DNA of 64,000 nucleotides from an uncultured Gemmatimonadaceae bacterium. Its GTDB lineage: Bacteria > Gemmatimonadota > Gemmatimonadetes > Gemmatimonadales > Gemmatimonadaceae. The DNA lies in assembly GCA_963822945.1 (NCBI GenBank), contig CAWGJO010000022.1:8182-72181 (forward strand), read 5' to 3'. The notes under the pieces are model-generated. The model made no database searches. It saw nothing but the letters and a program-made list of their open reading frames with translations, and was not told the origin of the DNA. The translations under genes and the position numbers were made by a program. This document shows, in pieces, positions 1-9,458 of the stretch (positions are counted from its first letter, which is position 1; every line of letters starts with the position of its first letter).

Positions 1-1034
1 TGCTGGTCCGGCGAGAGCAGGGCGCGCAGATCGAGGCGGTTGGCGCTTCTCGGACCGTTGTCGTGGTTGTTCCAGATGCTGTTCCACTGGCCGTGGTTGG
101 CGCGGTACACGTACCACGCCGACTTGAAGTACGGCTTTCCGTCCGTGAACCGCAGCCGTTCGTACGGCCGCAACCCCATGAACTCCGACACGTCGCCGTC
201 GTGCGACCCGTGCATCACCAGAAAGTTCACGTTCTCGATCGGTTCGAATTCGCCGGCCGGCTTGTACTGTCCGTCCACCGGCGCGATGGCCACCACCGAC
301 CGGATGTTGAAGTGGAAGTCGAACCGCACGTTCGCGTCGTCGGGGTAGCGGGTGAGGCGGTTGAACTGCACGGCATGGCTCACCGCGCCGCCGCCCCGTG
401 AATGCCCCATGATCGCAATCTCGTTCCAGTCCACCTTGTGGAAGAACGGGTTGGTGGCGCTGTCGGTGAACGCCTTCCAGGCCTTCAGGTGCTCGAGCAT
501 GATCCAGGCGCGCCCGTCGTTCTCGCCGCGCAGGCTGCCGTTGATGTAGTTCTCGTCCACCGACACGAGAATGAACCCGCGCGAAGCCAGCAGTTCACCC
601 AGGTACCGATAGCCCGGATCGGAATAGTCGGTGGGATCGTGGTTGCCGTGCGCGATGACGACCAGGGGGAAGGGGCCGGCGCCCTCCGGATACCAGACCC
701 GTCCGTTCAGCGGCGAGTGCTTGATGTCGAAGCCCCAGGTCTTCTTCCGTCGCTTGGCTTCGTCGGGGGGCATCTTCACGAACGGCGATGCGTCCACGGC
801 CCTGGTGCGGATGGCGATCGAGTCACGATACGCGGCCCGCCGCTGGTCGGTGCCGCTGCCATACGTCAGATACTTCACCCGGTACGGCCCGGGCTCTCCC
901 GGATTCGGTGCCGTGATCAACTGCTGCGACAGCACGGTCTTCGAATCGTCGGGACTCAGCTTCAGCGACTGCGTGCAGGCGCCGAGCGCGACCGCTGCCA
1001 CGGCGGCGATCGCCAGACCAGGCCGCGCCGTCAT
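1..1034 (-). CDS. alpha/beta-hydrolase lipoprotein (PAF-acetylhydrolase/chlorophyllase-like); 3' end runs off the window
   Basis: Absent from the ORF track because it has no stop in the window. My minus-strand translation from ATG 1034-1032 gives MTARPGLAIAAVAAVALGAC (lipobox) ... PLVVIAHGNH ... IAIMGHSRGGGA (GxSxG nucleophile elbow). The ATG overlaps the stop of the upstream gene (ATGA). Confidence 0.75.
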   Translation of the reverse strand, partial: MTARPGLAIAAVAAVALGACTQSLKLSPDDSKTVLSQQLITAPNPGEPGPYRVKYLTYGSGTDQRRAAYRDSIAIRTRAVDASPFVKMPPDEAKRRKKTWGFDIKHSPLNGRVWYPEGAGPFPLVVIAHGNHDPTDYSDPGYRYLGELLASRGFILVSVDENYINGSLRGENDGRAWIMLEHLKAWKAFTDSATNPFFHKVDWNEIAIMGHSRGGGAVSHAVQFNRLTRYPDDANVRFDFHFNIRSVVAIAPVDGQYKPAGEFEPIENVNFLVMHGSHDGDVSEFMGLRPYERLRFTDGKPYFKSAWYVYRANHGQWNSIWNNHDNGPRSANRLDLRALLSPDQ

Positions 1035-1927
1035 CGGATGCGCACCCCGATGCGATGCGCGCCGTGCCGGTGATAGCGGGACTCGAATGCATAGTCCAGC
1101 GAGAGCCGGTCGGCCGTGACGCCGAACCCGACGGTCCAGGGTCCCTCACCCTCTGCCGCCCGCCGCACGCCGGCCCGCGCGGCCACCGCGTAGCCGTCCA
1201 GCCAGCTGTACGAGACTTCGCCGCCCCCTCCGGCCACGAAGTCCCGCCCGCGCAGCAGCGACGTCGTGGCGGCCGCCATCACATCGAACGGCCCGACGAG
1301 ATAGCGGCCCGTGGTGAACCCGAGACTGGTCCGCGTCGGCTGGCTCACCGGCCCGTAGTAGCTCCGGAACGCGGGGCCGAAGTTCTGCACGCTCAGGCCG
1401 AGCGTCCCGCGCCACAGGTCGCGCGCGAGCCCGAAGTCCAGTGAACCGCGGCTGTCGCGCGTCGATCCGATGGACTGCTCCATCAATTTGGCGTTGACGC
1501 CGGCGCGCATGCCGAACAGCGGTTGCGCGTACCCGAGGGCGAAGATCAACCCCGACGAGGGGAACGTGCCCGACGTGCCGAGCGCGTCGGGGGTGGCGTA
1601 GGCGAATCCGGGGTTGGAGAAGGTGAGCGACTGCACGCCCACCCCCAACGCGCCGGGCCCGATGTCGACGACGGTGGAGAGGGTGACCAGCAGATTGGCG
1701 CCTGTGTAGAACTCCGCCGAGGCGCCCGTGCCGCGGGCCACCGCGAGTTGCGCGGGATTGTAGAAGATCACGTCGCTCTCCCGGCCGCCGGCATCCGCGT
1801 TCGCCATGGCGAGCGCGCGTGTGCTGCCCGGCAGCCGTGCAACGAGTGGCGCCAGTGGAAACTCCTGTGCTCCGACCGTCGCCGCGCCGCTGAGCATCAG
1901 CACGGTGGCCAGCCATCGAGCGTGCAT
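1031..1927 (-). CDS. secreted outer-membrane beta-barrel-like protein, function unknown
   Basis: ORF 1031..1945; likely start is MHARWLATVLMLSGAATVGAQE (signal peptide). Alternating hydrophobic/Gly-rich strands and a C-terminal ...AHRIGVRIR strand. Confidence 0.6.
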   Translation of the reverse strand: MHARWLATVLMLSGAATVGAQEFPLAPLVARLPGSTRALAMANADAGGRESDVIFYNPAQLAVARGTGASAEFYTGANLLVTLSTVVDIGPGALGVGVQSLTFSNPGFAYATPDALGTSGTFPSSGLIFALGYAQPLFGMRAGVNAKLMEQSIGSTRDSRGSLDFGLARDLWRGTLGLSVQNFGPAFRSYYGPVSQPTRTSLGFTTGRYLVGPFDVMAAATTSLLRGRDFVAGGGGEVSYSWLDGYAVAARAGVRRAAEGEGPWTVGFGVTADRLSLDYAFESRYHRHGAHRIGVRIR

Positions 1928-2083
1928 GGACACTTCGACCTCCATCGAAGGAGCGCCGGCATGTTACTGCCGGGCCCGGGGGCGCGGAAGGCCACAGTGT
2001 CGGCGGGCCCGGCCGCGTGGCCGTGCGATTGCCGGCCGCCGCCGCGACGTGACCCGCGGGTATCCCCACCTGTCCTTCCTGAA

Positions 2084-3871
2084 ATGAGCACCGCCATGAT
2101 CTGCCCTCGATGCGGCACCGAATACGGCCCGGAGCAGCGGTTCTGCCCCACCGACGGCAGCCCGCTGCGCGCCCGGTCGCCCCACGATCCGTTGATCGGC
2201 CAGGTGATTGCCGACCGCTACCGTGTCACCGGCCTCATCGGCGAGGGCGGCATGGGGCGGGTGTACTCGGCCGAGCACGTGCGCATGGGTCGCCGGAGCG
2301 CGCTCAAGGTCATGAGCCCGGCGCTCGCCTCGACCGCCGACGCGATCACGCGTTTCAACCGCGAGGCCTCCAACGCCAGCCGCATCAATCACCCGAACGT
2401 GGCGGCCATCTACGACTTTGGTGAGACGCCCGACGGGCTGCTCTACATCGCGATGGAGTTCGTGGAGGGCGAGACCCTGCGGGCGCTCATCGAGCGGACG
2501 GGCCCGCTGCCCATCGCCCGCGCCGCGCAGATCACCAGGGGGGCGGCCGATGCCCTCCATGCGGCCCACCACCTCGGGATCATCCACCGCGATCTCAAGC
2601 CCGACAACATCATGCTCGCTCGGCAACTCGACGGCGCCGACTGGGTGAAGGTCGTGGACTTCGGGATCGCCAAGTCGGTGGCGCGCCCGGGTGAGGGCGG
2701 CGGCGGGCAGACCGTCACCACGGCCGGCGTCTCGCTCGGCACACCCGAGTACATGAGTCCCGAGCAACTGGCGGGCGAGGCGCTCGACGCGCGCACGGAC
2801 ATCTATTCGCTGGGGCTGGTGCTGTTCAACATGCTCACCGGCCAGTTGCCGTATCCCAAGCTGACGTCCAAGGAAACCCTCGTGCGCCGGCTGACCTCGC
2901 CACCGGCCACGTTGGCCGACGTCCGCCCCGATATGAACTGGCCGGCCCCGGTGCAGGCGGTGCTGAGCCGAGCCCTCGATCCGGAGCCCGAGCGGCGCTA
3001 CGCCAGCGTGGCCGATCTCGGGCGCGCCATCACGGCGGCCGCGGGGTCGACGGCCGAGGCTGATCCCGACGCCACGCTGCGTGTGCCCGCAGTCGGCCGT
3101 GCGGCGCCTGCGCTCGCCGCCACCTCCGCGCACCGGCCGCCGCCGGCGGTCGCCCGGGCACCCACTCGCAAGCTGCCTGCCGATCCCCCGCCGGCGCGGG
3201 GCGCCTCGCGCACGCTGGGAGCGGCGGCGGTGCTCCTGGTCGTGGTCGCCGCCAGCTACTTCGCCTTGCATGCCACGCGCCGCGCCGGCGCGGCGACGGC
3301 GGGTGGCGGGGCGGTGGCCGACTCCGCGCCGGCCGCGCGAGACTCGTTGGCGGCAAGCACCGCCGCGACGCCCCCCGCACACGATTCGACGCCGGCGACT
3401 GCCGACTCGATGCGTCTCGCCGCCAACCCACCGGTCGTTCGCCCCCGACTGTCGAAGTCGACGCCGGCGCCTGCCACCCCGCACCCCGCGGCCTCCATGG
3501 CGAGCGCCGCGCCCGTCGAACCCCGTCCCGCCGTCACGAGCACTGTGCCGGACACCATCGCGGCCGTGCTACAGGAGATTCGCGGTCATCTGGAGCGCGG
3601 GGGCCAGGCGGTTGCCGGCGGACGGACGCTGGCGGCGAATCGCGAGTTGCGCACGGCGCAGGCCGAAATTCGGAGCCTGCGCGAGCAGTTTCCCGGTGGA
3701 AGCATGCCGCCTGCGCTCGAGCGTCAACTCCGGGATCTGGGCGCGCAGTCCGTGCGCGCCTGCTATACGGCGGCGGCGGGGGAACCGCGGGCCGCCCAGC
3801 GGTGCCGCCTGCTCCAGCAGCGAGAAACCCGCGCCGCGCGGGGGCGCGGCGCCCGTCCCCCCGTCGAGTGA
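2084..3871 (+). CDS. Ser/Thr protein kinase with N-terminal zinc-ribbon, one TM helix and Ala/Pro-rich C-terminal region
   Basis: In-frame part of ORF 1523..3871. Start MSTAMICPRCGTEYGPEQRFCPTDG; kinase motifs GEGGMGRVY, ALKVM, HRDLKPDNIM, DFGIAK, GTPEYMSPEQ; TM helix TLGAAAVLLVVVAASYFAL. Confidence 0.9.
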   Translation: MSTAMICPRCGTEYGPEQRFCPTDGSPLRARSPHDPLIGQVIADRYRVTGLIGEGGMGRVYSAEHVRMGRRSALKVMSPALASTADAITRFNREASNASRINHPNVAAIYDFGETPDGLLYIAMEFVEGETLRALIERTGPLPIARAAQITRGAADALHAAHHLGIIHRDLKPDNIMLARQLDGADWVKVVDFGIAKSVARPGEGGGGQTVTTAGVSLGTPEYMSPEQLAGEALDARTDIYSLGLVLFNMLTGQLPYPKLTSKETLVRRLTSPPATLADVRPDMNWPAPVQAVLSRALDPEPERRYASVADLGRAITAAAGSTAEADPDATLRVPAVGRAAPALAATSAHRPPPAVARAPTRKLPADPPPARGASRTLGAAAVLLVVVAASYFALHATRRAGAATAGGGAVADSAPAARDSLAASTAATPPAHDSTPATADSMRLAANPPVVRPRLSKSTPAPATPHPAASMASAAPVEPRPAVTSTVPDTIAAVLQEIRGHLERGGQAVAGGRTLAANRELRTAQAEIRSLREQFPGGSMPPALERQLRDLGAQSVRACYTAAAGEPRAAQRCRLLQQRETRAARGRGARPPVE

Positions 3872-3880
3872 TCGCCCTCT

Positions 3881-3985
3881 TCAGCCGTAGAGCAGCCAGA
3901 GAATGATCGCCATCTCGATGGTGGCGGCAATGATGCCGAAGATCAGATACGGTTTGAGACCACGTTCTTTCGGGCGTTGGGGCAT
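3881..3985 (-). CDS. possible 34-aa single-TM peptide (speculative)
   Basis: Last 34 codons of the otherwise spurious ORF 3881..5893: MPQRPKERGLKPYLIFGIIAATIEMAIILWLLYG. Lies in a gap between two supported genes. No homolog recognised and no clear RBS. Confidence 0.25.
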   Translation of the reverse strand: MPQRPKERGLKPYLIFGIIAATIEMAIILWLLYG

Positions 3986-4006
3986 GTTCAAAGATATATT
4001 CGCACC

Positions 4007-6226
<2,220 letters not shown>

Positions 6227-6250
6227 GGAACGGGGCCTATCGTGTTGCCA

Positions 6251-6282
6251 TGACGCGGCTTACGCGTCTGTAATACGCGTCA
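6251..6282. promoter_or_regulatory. cluster of three ACGCGTC/GACGCG(T) heptamers just downstream of the kinase stop (hairpin and/or operator)
   Basis: TGACGCG-gctt-ACGCGTC-tgtaat-ACGCGTCA. The first two copies can form a 6-bp GC stem. Function not established. Confidence 0.25.
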
Positions 6283-6416
6283 CATTCGCGGCCCGTTGCG
6301 TGAGCTATCTATGGGCGCACAGATTGCGCCTACGCTCGGGGCCGGGCAGCCTCGTTCAGGCATGATCGTCGCGGGCGGATTCGACGCGGATTCCGCGCAG
6401 GGAGAGGCATACACGG

Positions 6417-8570
6417 ATGCACTGGCTTGAAGCCGCAGCAACGCGTGCAGGGTTGGCGGGGGCTTCCTCGCTCACCATTCCGAGCGACGTCACCAACGTC
6501 GAGGCATGGGAAATTGCCACGCGTACCCTCGGCCTGAGTCCGCAGGATCTGGCGGCGCGCATGGCGCCGCAATTCGGCCTCCGCGTGGCCGACTTCGACC
6601 AGACCGACCCGCGCGCGCTCGCCCTGCTTCCCGAACGTCTGGCCCGCCGCTACCACGTCTTTCCCCTGCGGGAGGACGACCGCAACATCTACGTGGCCAC
6701 GGCCGACCCCAGCGATATCGAAGTCGAGCATGCCATCGGCTTCGCATCGGGGCGCCGTCCCGTCTTCGAACTCGCGCCGCCCACCCTCATCGAGGATGCG
6801 CTGCTGTCCGGCTATTCGGCCGATCGCCTGGTAGAGAATCTGCTCACCACCGTCGATTCGCAGATTGCCGACGCGGTGCGCGTGGTGGACGAGATGGAGC
6901 CCGAGGCCGTCGACCTGTCGGATATCGAGACGGGTCCGGTGGTCAAGCTCACCAATCTGATTCTCCGCGACGCCGTGATGCACGGCGTGAGCGACGTGCA
7001 CGTCGAGCCGGGGCCCAAGGGCGGCACCGTGCGGTTCCGCATCGACGGCGTGATGCGGCAGCACATGCACCTGCCGATGGCGGCGCTCAACCGCGTGGTG
7101 TCGCGGATCAAGGTCCTGGCCCGGATGGATATCGCCAACCGCCTCGTGGCACAGGACGGGCGCGCGAAGGTGTCCATCGAGGGCCGCAACTACGATCTCC
7201 GCATCTCGACGGTCCCCACGCGGGACGCCGAGAAAGCGGTGATCCGCGTGCTCCGTCCCGAGAGCGCGCGCAAGCTCGAGGAAGTGGGGATCACGCCGCG
7301 CGAGCTGGCCCGTCTGCGCCAGCTGCTCTCCTGCCGCGACGGCATCGTGATCGTCACCGGACCCACCGGCTCCGGCAAGACGACCACGCTCTACTCGGCG
7401 ATCAAGGAACTCGCCACCGGGCACGTCAACATCATGACGGTGGAAGACCCGATCGAGTACGAACTGCCGGGCATCACGCAGATCCAGGTGGAAACCAAGC
7501 GCGGCGTGACGTTCGCCAGTTCGCTGCGCGCCATCCTGCGCCAGGACCCCGACGTCATCTTCGTCGGCGAGATCCGCGATCTGGAGACGGCCGAAGTGGC
7601 CGCGCAGGCGGCGCTCACGGGCCACCTGGTGCTGGCCACGCTGCATACCAACGATTCGATGAGCGCGGTCACGCGTCTGGCCGATCTGGGGCTCGACCGT
7701 CAGACGATCGCCACCTGTCTGCGCGGATGTCTGGCGCAGCGTCTGGTGCGCCGCGTCTGCCCGGACTGCGCGCAGCCGCTGCTCGGCACGCTCACCGAGG
7801 AAGAGGAGCGCCTGTCCGCGCAGTTCGGCGTGCTCCCGTTGTCGCGGGCCACGGGCTGCAAGCGGTGCGGCAACACCGGCTACCGGGGGCGCCTGCCGCT
7901 CATCGAGGTGGCCATCGTGACGCCGAGCATCGCCGACATGATCGCCAGCGGCGGCACGGCGCAGCAGCTCCAGCGCGCGGCCATCGCCGCCGGCATGGCG
8001 CCGCTGCGCGACGTGGCCGTGGCCCGCGTGCGCCGCGGCGAAACGACGCTGCAGGAGATCGAGCGCGTGCTCGGCGATCAGCTCGAGGACGAGTCGGTGT
8101 CCGACGGCATGAACCCGGGCATCCTGATCCTCAATCCGGATCCGGCGTGGCGGCGCATGGCGCGCGCGATGCTCGAAGGCGCGGGGTTCAAGGTCGGCGA
8201 GGCCATGGACGGCGACAGCGCCGTCCGACTGCTCGGCGACGGACGGGAGTTCTCGTTCGTGATCACCGAGGCCTCGCTGCCGGCGCTCACGGCGCCGCGC
8301 GGGCCCGAACTGCTGACCGCGGGTGGCGAGACCGTCACGGATGCCACGATCGAGACGGTGCTCGACATGCCGGTGGCCGGGTCGACCAACGGGCACGCGC
8401 CGTACGAGAATGGGCACGGGAACGGGCACGGAAACGGAAACGGAAACGGGCATGGGAATGGACACGGCGCCGGCACGGGTCATGGAGTGGGGCACCGCGA
8501 CGCGGGGGCGCCCAACTGGTCGCGGGCGGCCGGCGCCGTCCAGAACGCCGTACGCCGCGCCCTTCGATAG
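6417..8570 (+). CDS. GspE/PilB-family type II secretion / type IV pilus assembly ATPase fused to a C-terminal receiver-like domain and a His/Gly/Asn-rich tail
   Basis: T2SSE_N-like N-terminus (LLPERLARRYHVFPLREDDRNIYVATADP). Walker A GPTGSGKTT, Asp box MTVEDPIEYELPG, Walker B DPDVIFVGEIRD, His box GHLVLATLHTND, tetra-Cys CPDC...CKRC. Then ILILNPDPAWRRMARAMLEGAGFKV...FSFVITEASLP and NGHGNGHGNGNGNGHGNGHG. Confidence 0.9.
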   Translation: MHWLEAAATRAGLAGASSLTIPSDVTNVEAWEIATRTLGLSPQDLAARMAPQFGLRVADFDQTDPRALALLPERLARRYHVFPLREDDRNIYVATADPSDIEVEHAIGFASGRRPVFELAPPTLIEDALLSGYSADRLVENLLTTVDSQIADAVRVVDEMEPEAVDLSDIETGPVVKLTNLILRDAVMHGVSDVHVEPGPKGGTVRFRIDGVMRQHMHLPMAALNRVVSRIKVLARMDIANRLVAQDGRAKVSIEGRNYDLRISTVPTRDAEKAVIRVLRPESARKLEEVGITPRELARLRQLLSCRDGIVIVTGPTGSGKTTTLYSAIKELATGHVNIMTVEDPIEYELPGITQIQVETKRGVTFASSLRAILRQDPDVIFVGEIRDLETAEVAAQAALTGHLVLATLHTNDSMSAVTRLADLGLDRQTIATCLRGCLAQRLVRRVCPDCAQPLLGTLTEEEERLSAQFGVLPLSRATGCKRCGNTGYRGRLPLIEVAIVTPSIADMIASGGTAQQLQRAAIAAGMAPLRDVAVARVRRGETTLQEIERVLGDQLEDESVSDGMNPGILILNPDPAWRRMARAMLEGAGFKVGEAMDGDSAVRLLGDGREFSFVITEASLPALTAPRGPELLTAGGETVTDATIETVLDMPVAGSTNGHAPYENGHGNGHGNGNGNGHGNGHGAGTGHGVGHRDAGAPNWSRAAGAVQNAVRRALR
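8409..8497 (+). repeat. in-frame hexanucleotide-type microsatellite (AAC/CAC-GGN) encoding the (N/H)-G repeat tail of the ATPase
   Basis: aatgggcacgggaacgggcacggaaacggaaacggaaacgggcatgggaatggacacggc... read directly. Confidence 0.8.
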
Positions 8571-8642
8571 CGCGCGCGGGTCACGGCCGGGTACGTTTCG
8601 ACGCCGAACGTGCCGGATTCAACGGGCTACGTTCGACGCAAA

Positions 8643-9005
8643 ATGGATTCCGAATTCACCGAACGATTCGATGACGAAGCCATTGCTCGCCTCCGGCGGT
8701 TCGGAGGCGACGCGCTCCTGCACGAGATGATCGATCTTCTCTCCGCGGGGGCGCCTGCGCGGTTGGCCGTGGTGCGCGATGCCATCGCCAACGGCGATGC
8801 GGAGGCCGTCCGCGGCGTCCTGCATTCGCTCAAGTCCAGCGCCGGTCAGATGGGCGCGATGGGGGTGCAGGCGATGTGCGAGCGCGCCGAACGCCTGGCC
8901 GCGCAGGGCGACGTACGGGGTGTTGCCGCGCTGCTCCCGGCCCTGGAGGCCGAGACGGATGCGCTGCTGGCGCGGCTGGCCGTCATCCGGCGGGGCAACG
9001 CGTGA
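8643..9005 (+). CDS. histidine phosphotransfer (Hpt) protein
   Basis: ORF 8610..9005, ATG at 8643 preferred. Hpt signature VLHSLKSSAGQMGA inside a four-helix-like Ala/Leu-rich sequence. Confidence 0.8.
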   Translation: MDSEFTERFDDEAIARLRRFGGDALLHEMIDLLSAGAPARLAVVRDAIANGDAEAVRGVLHSLKSSAGQMGAMGVQAMCERAERLAAQGDVRGVAALLPALEAETDALLARLAVIRRGNA

Positions 9006-9376
9006 GGCCTCGCATCGCCGTAGTGGAGGACAATCCCGACAATCGGCTCCTGCTGCAGGCCATCCTGCGCGATCGCTTTACCGTGCTGGAATACGAGAAC
9101 GGGGTCGACGCCCTCGGCGGGTTCGCCGCGGATCCCCCCGACGTCGTGCTGCTCGATATCTCGCTGCCCGGCATGGACGGGCTCGAGATTCTGGCGCGCA
9201 TCCGCGCCGACACGACGCTCGCCGGCCTGCCGGTGATCGCGCTGACCGCCCACGCCATGGCCGGCGACCGCGAGAAGTATCTCGCGGCGGGATTCGACGA
9301 TTACCTCACCAAGCCGATCGTCGACGAGACGCTGCTCATGCGGGCGATCGAGAAGCAACTGGCGGCCGGCGGCTGA
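9002..9376 (+). CDS. single-domain CheY-like response regulator
   Basis: In-frame part of ORF 8876..9376. GTG 9002 overlaps the Hpt stop (GTGA). RIAVVEDNPDN, VVLLDISLPGMDG, IALTAHAM, LTKP. Confidence 0.9.
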   Translation: MRPRIAVVEDNPDNRLLLQAILRDRFTVLEYENGVDALGGFAADPPDVVLLDISLPGMDGLEILARIRADTTLAGLPVIALTAHAMAGDREKYLAAGFDDYLTKPIVDETLLMRAIEKQLAAGG

Positions 9377-9458
9377 ACACCCGGAGCTCAGCGCTTTTGG
9401 TGGACGGTGTGCAGTCGTGCGTGACTGAGGGCTGAACAGCGCGGACTGCCAACCGTCG

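Noticed and set aside
1523-2083. Long N-terminal extension of the Ser/Thr kinase ORF
   Set aside because: The extension overlaps the divergent beta-barrel gene and is Arg/Gly-rich. A clean zinc-ribbon N-terminus begins at ATG 2084.
6330-8495. 721-aa minus-strand ORF and 722-aa plus-strand ORF (6506..8674)
   Set aside because: Both overlap the well-supported GspE-type ATPase frame. Their composition is dominated by R/G/H/A/P and no domain signatures are visible.
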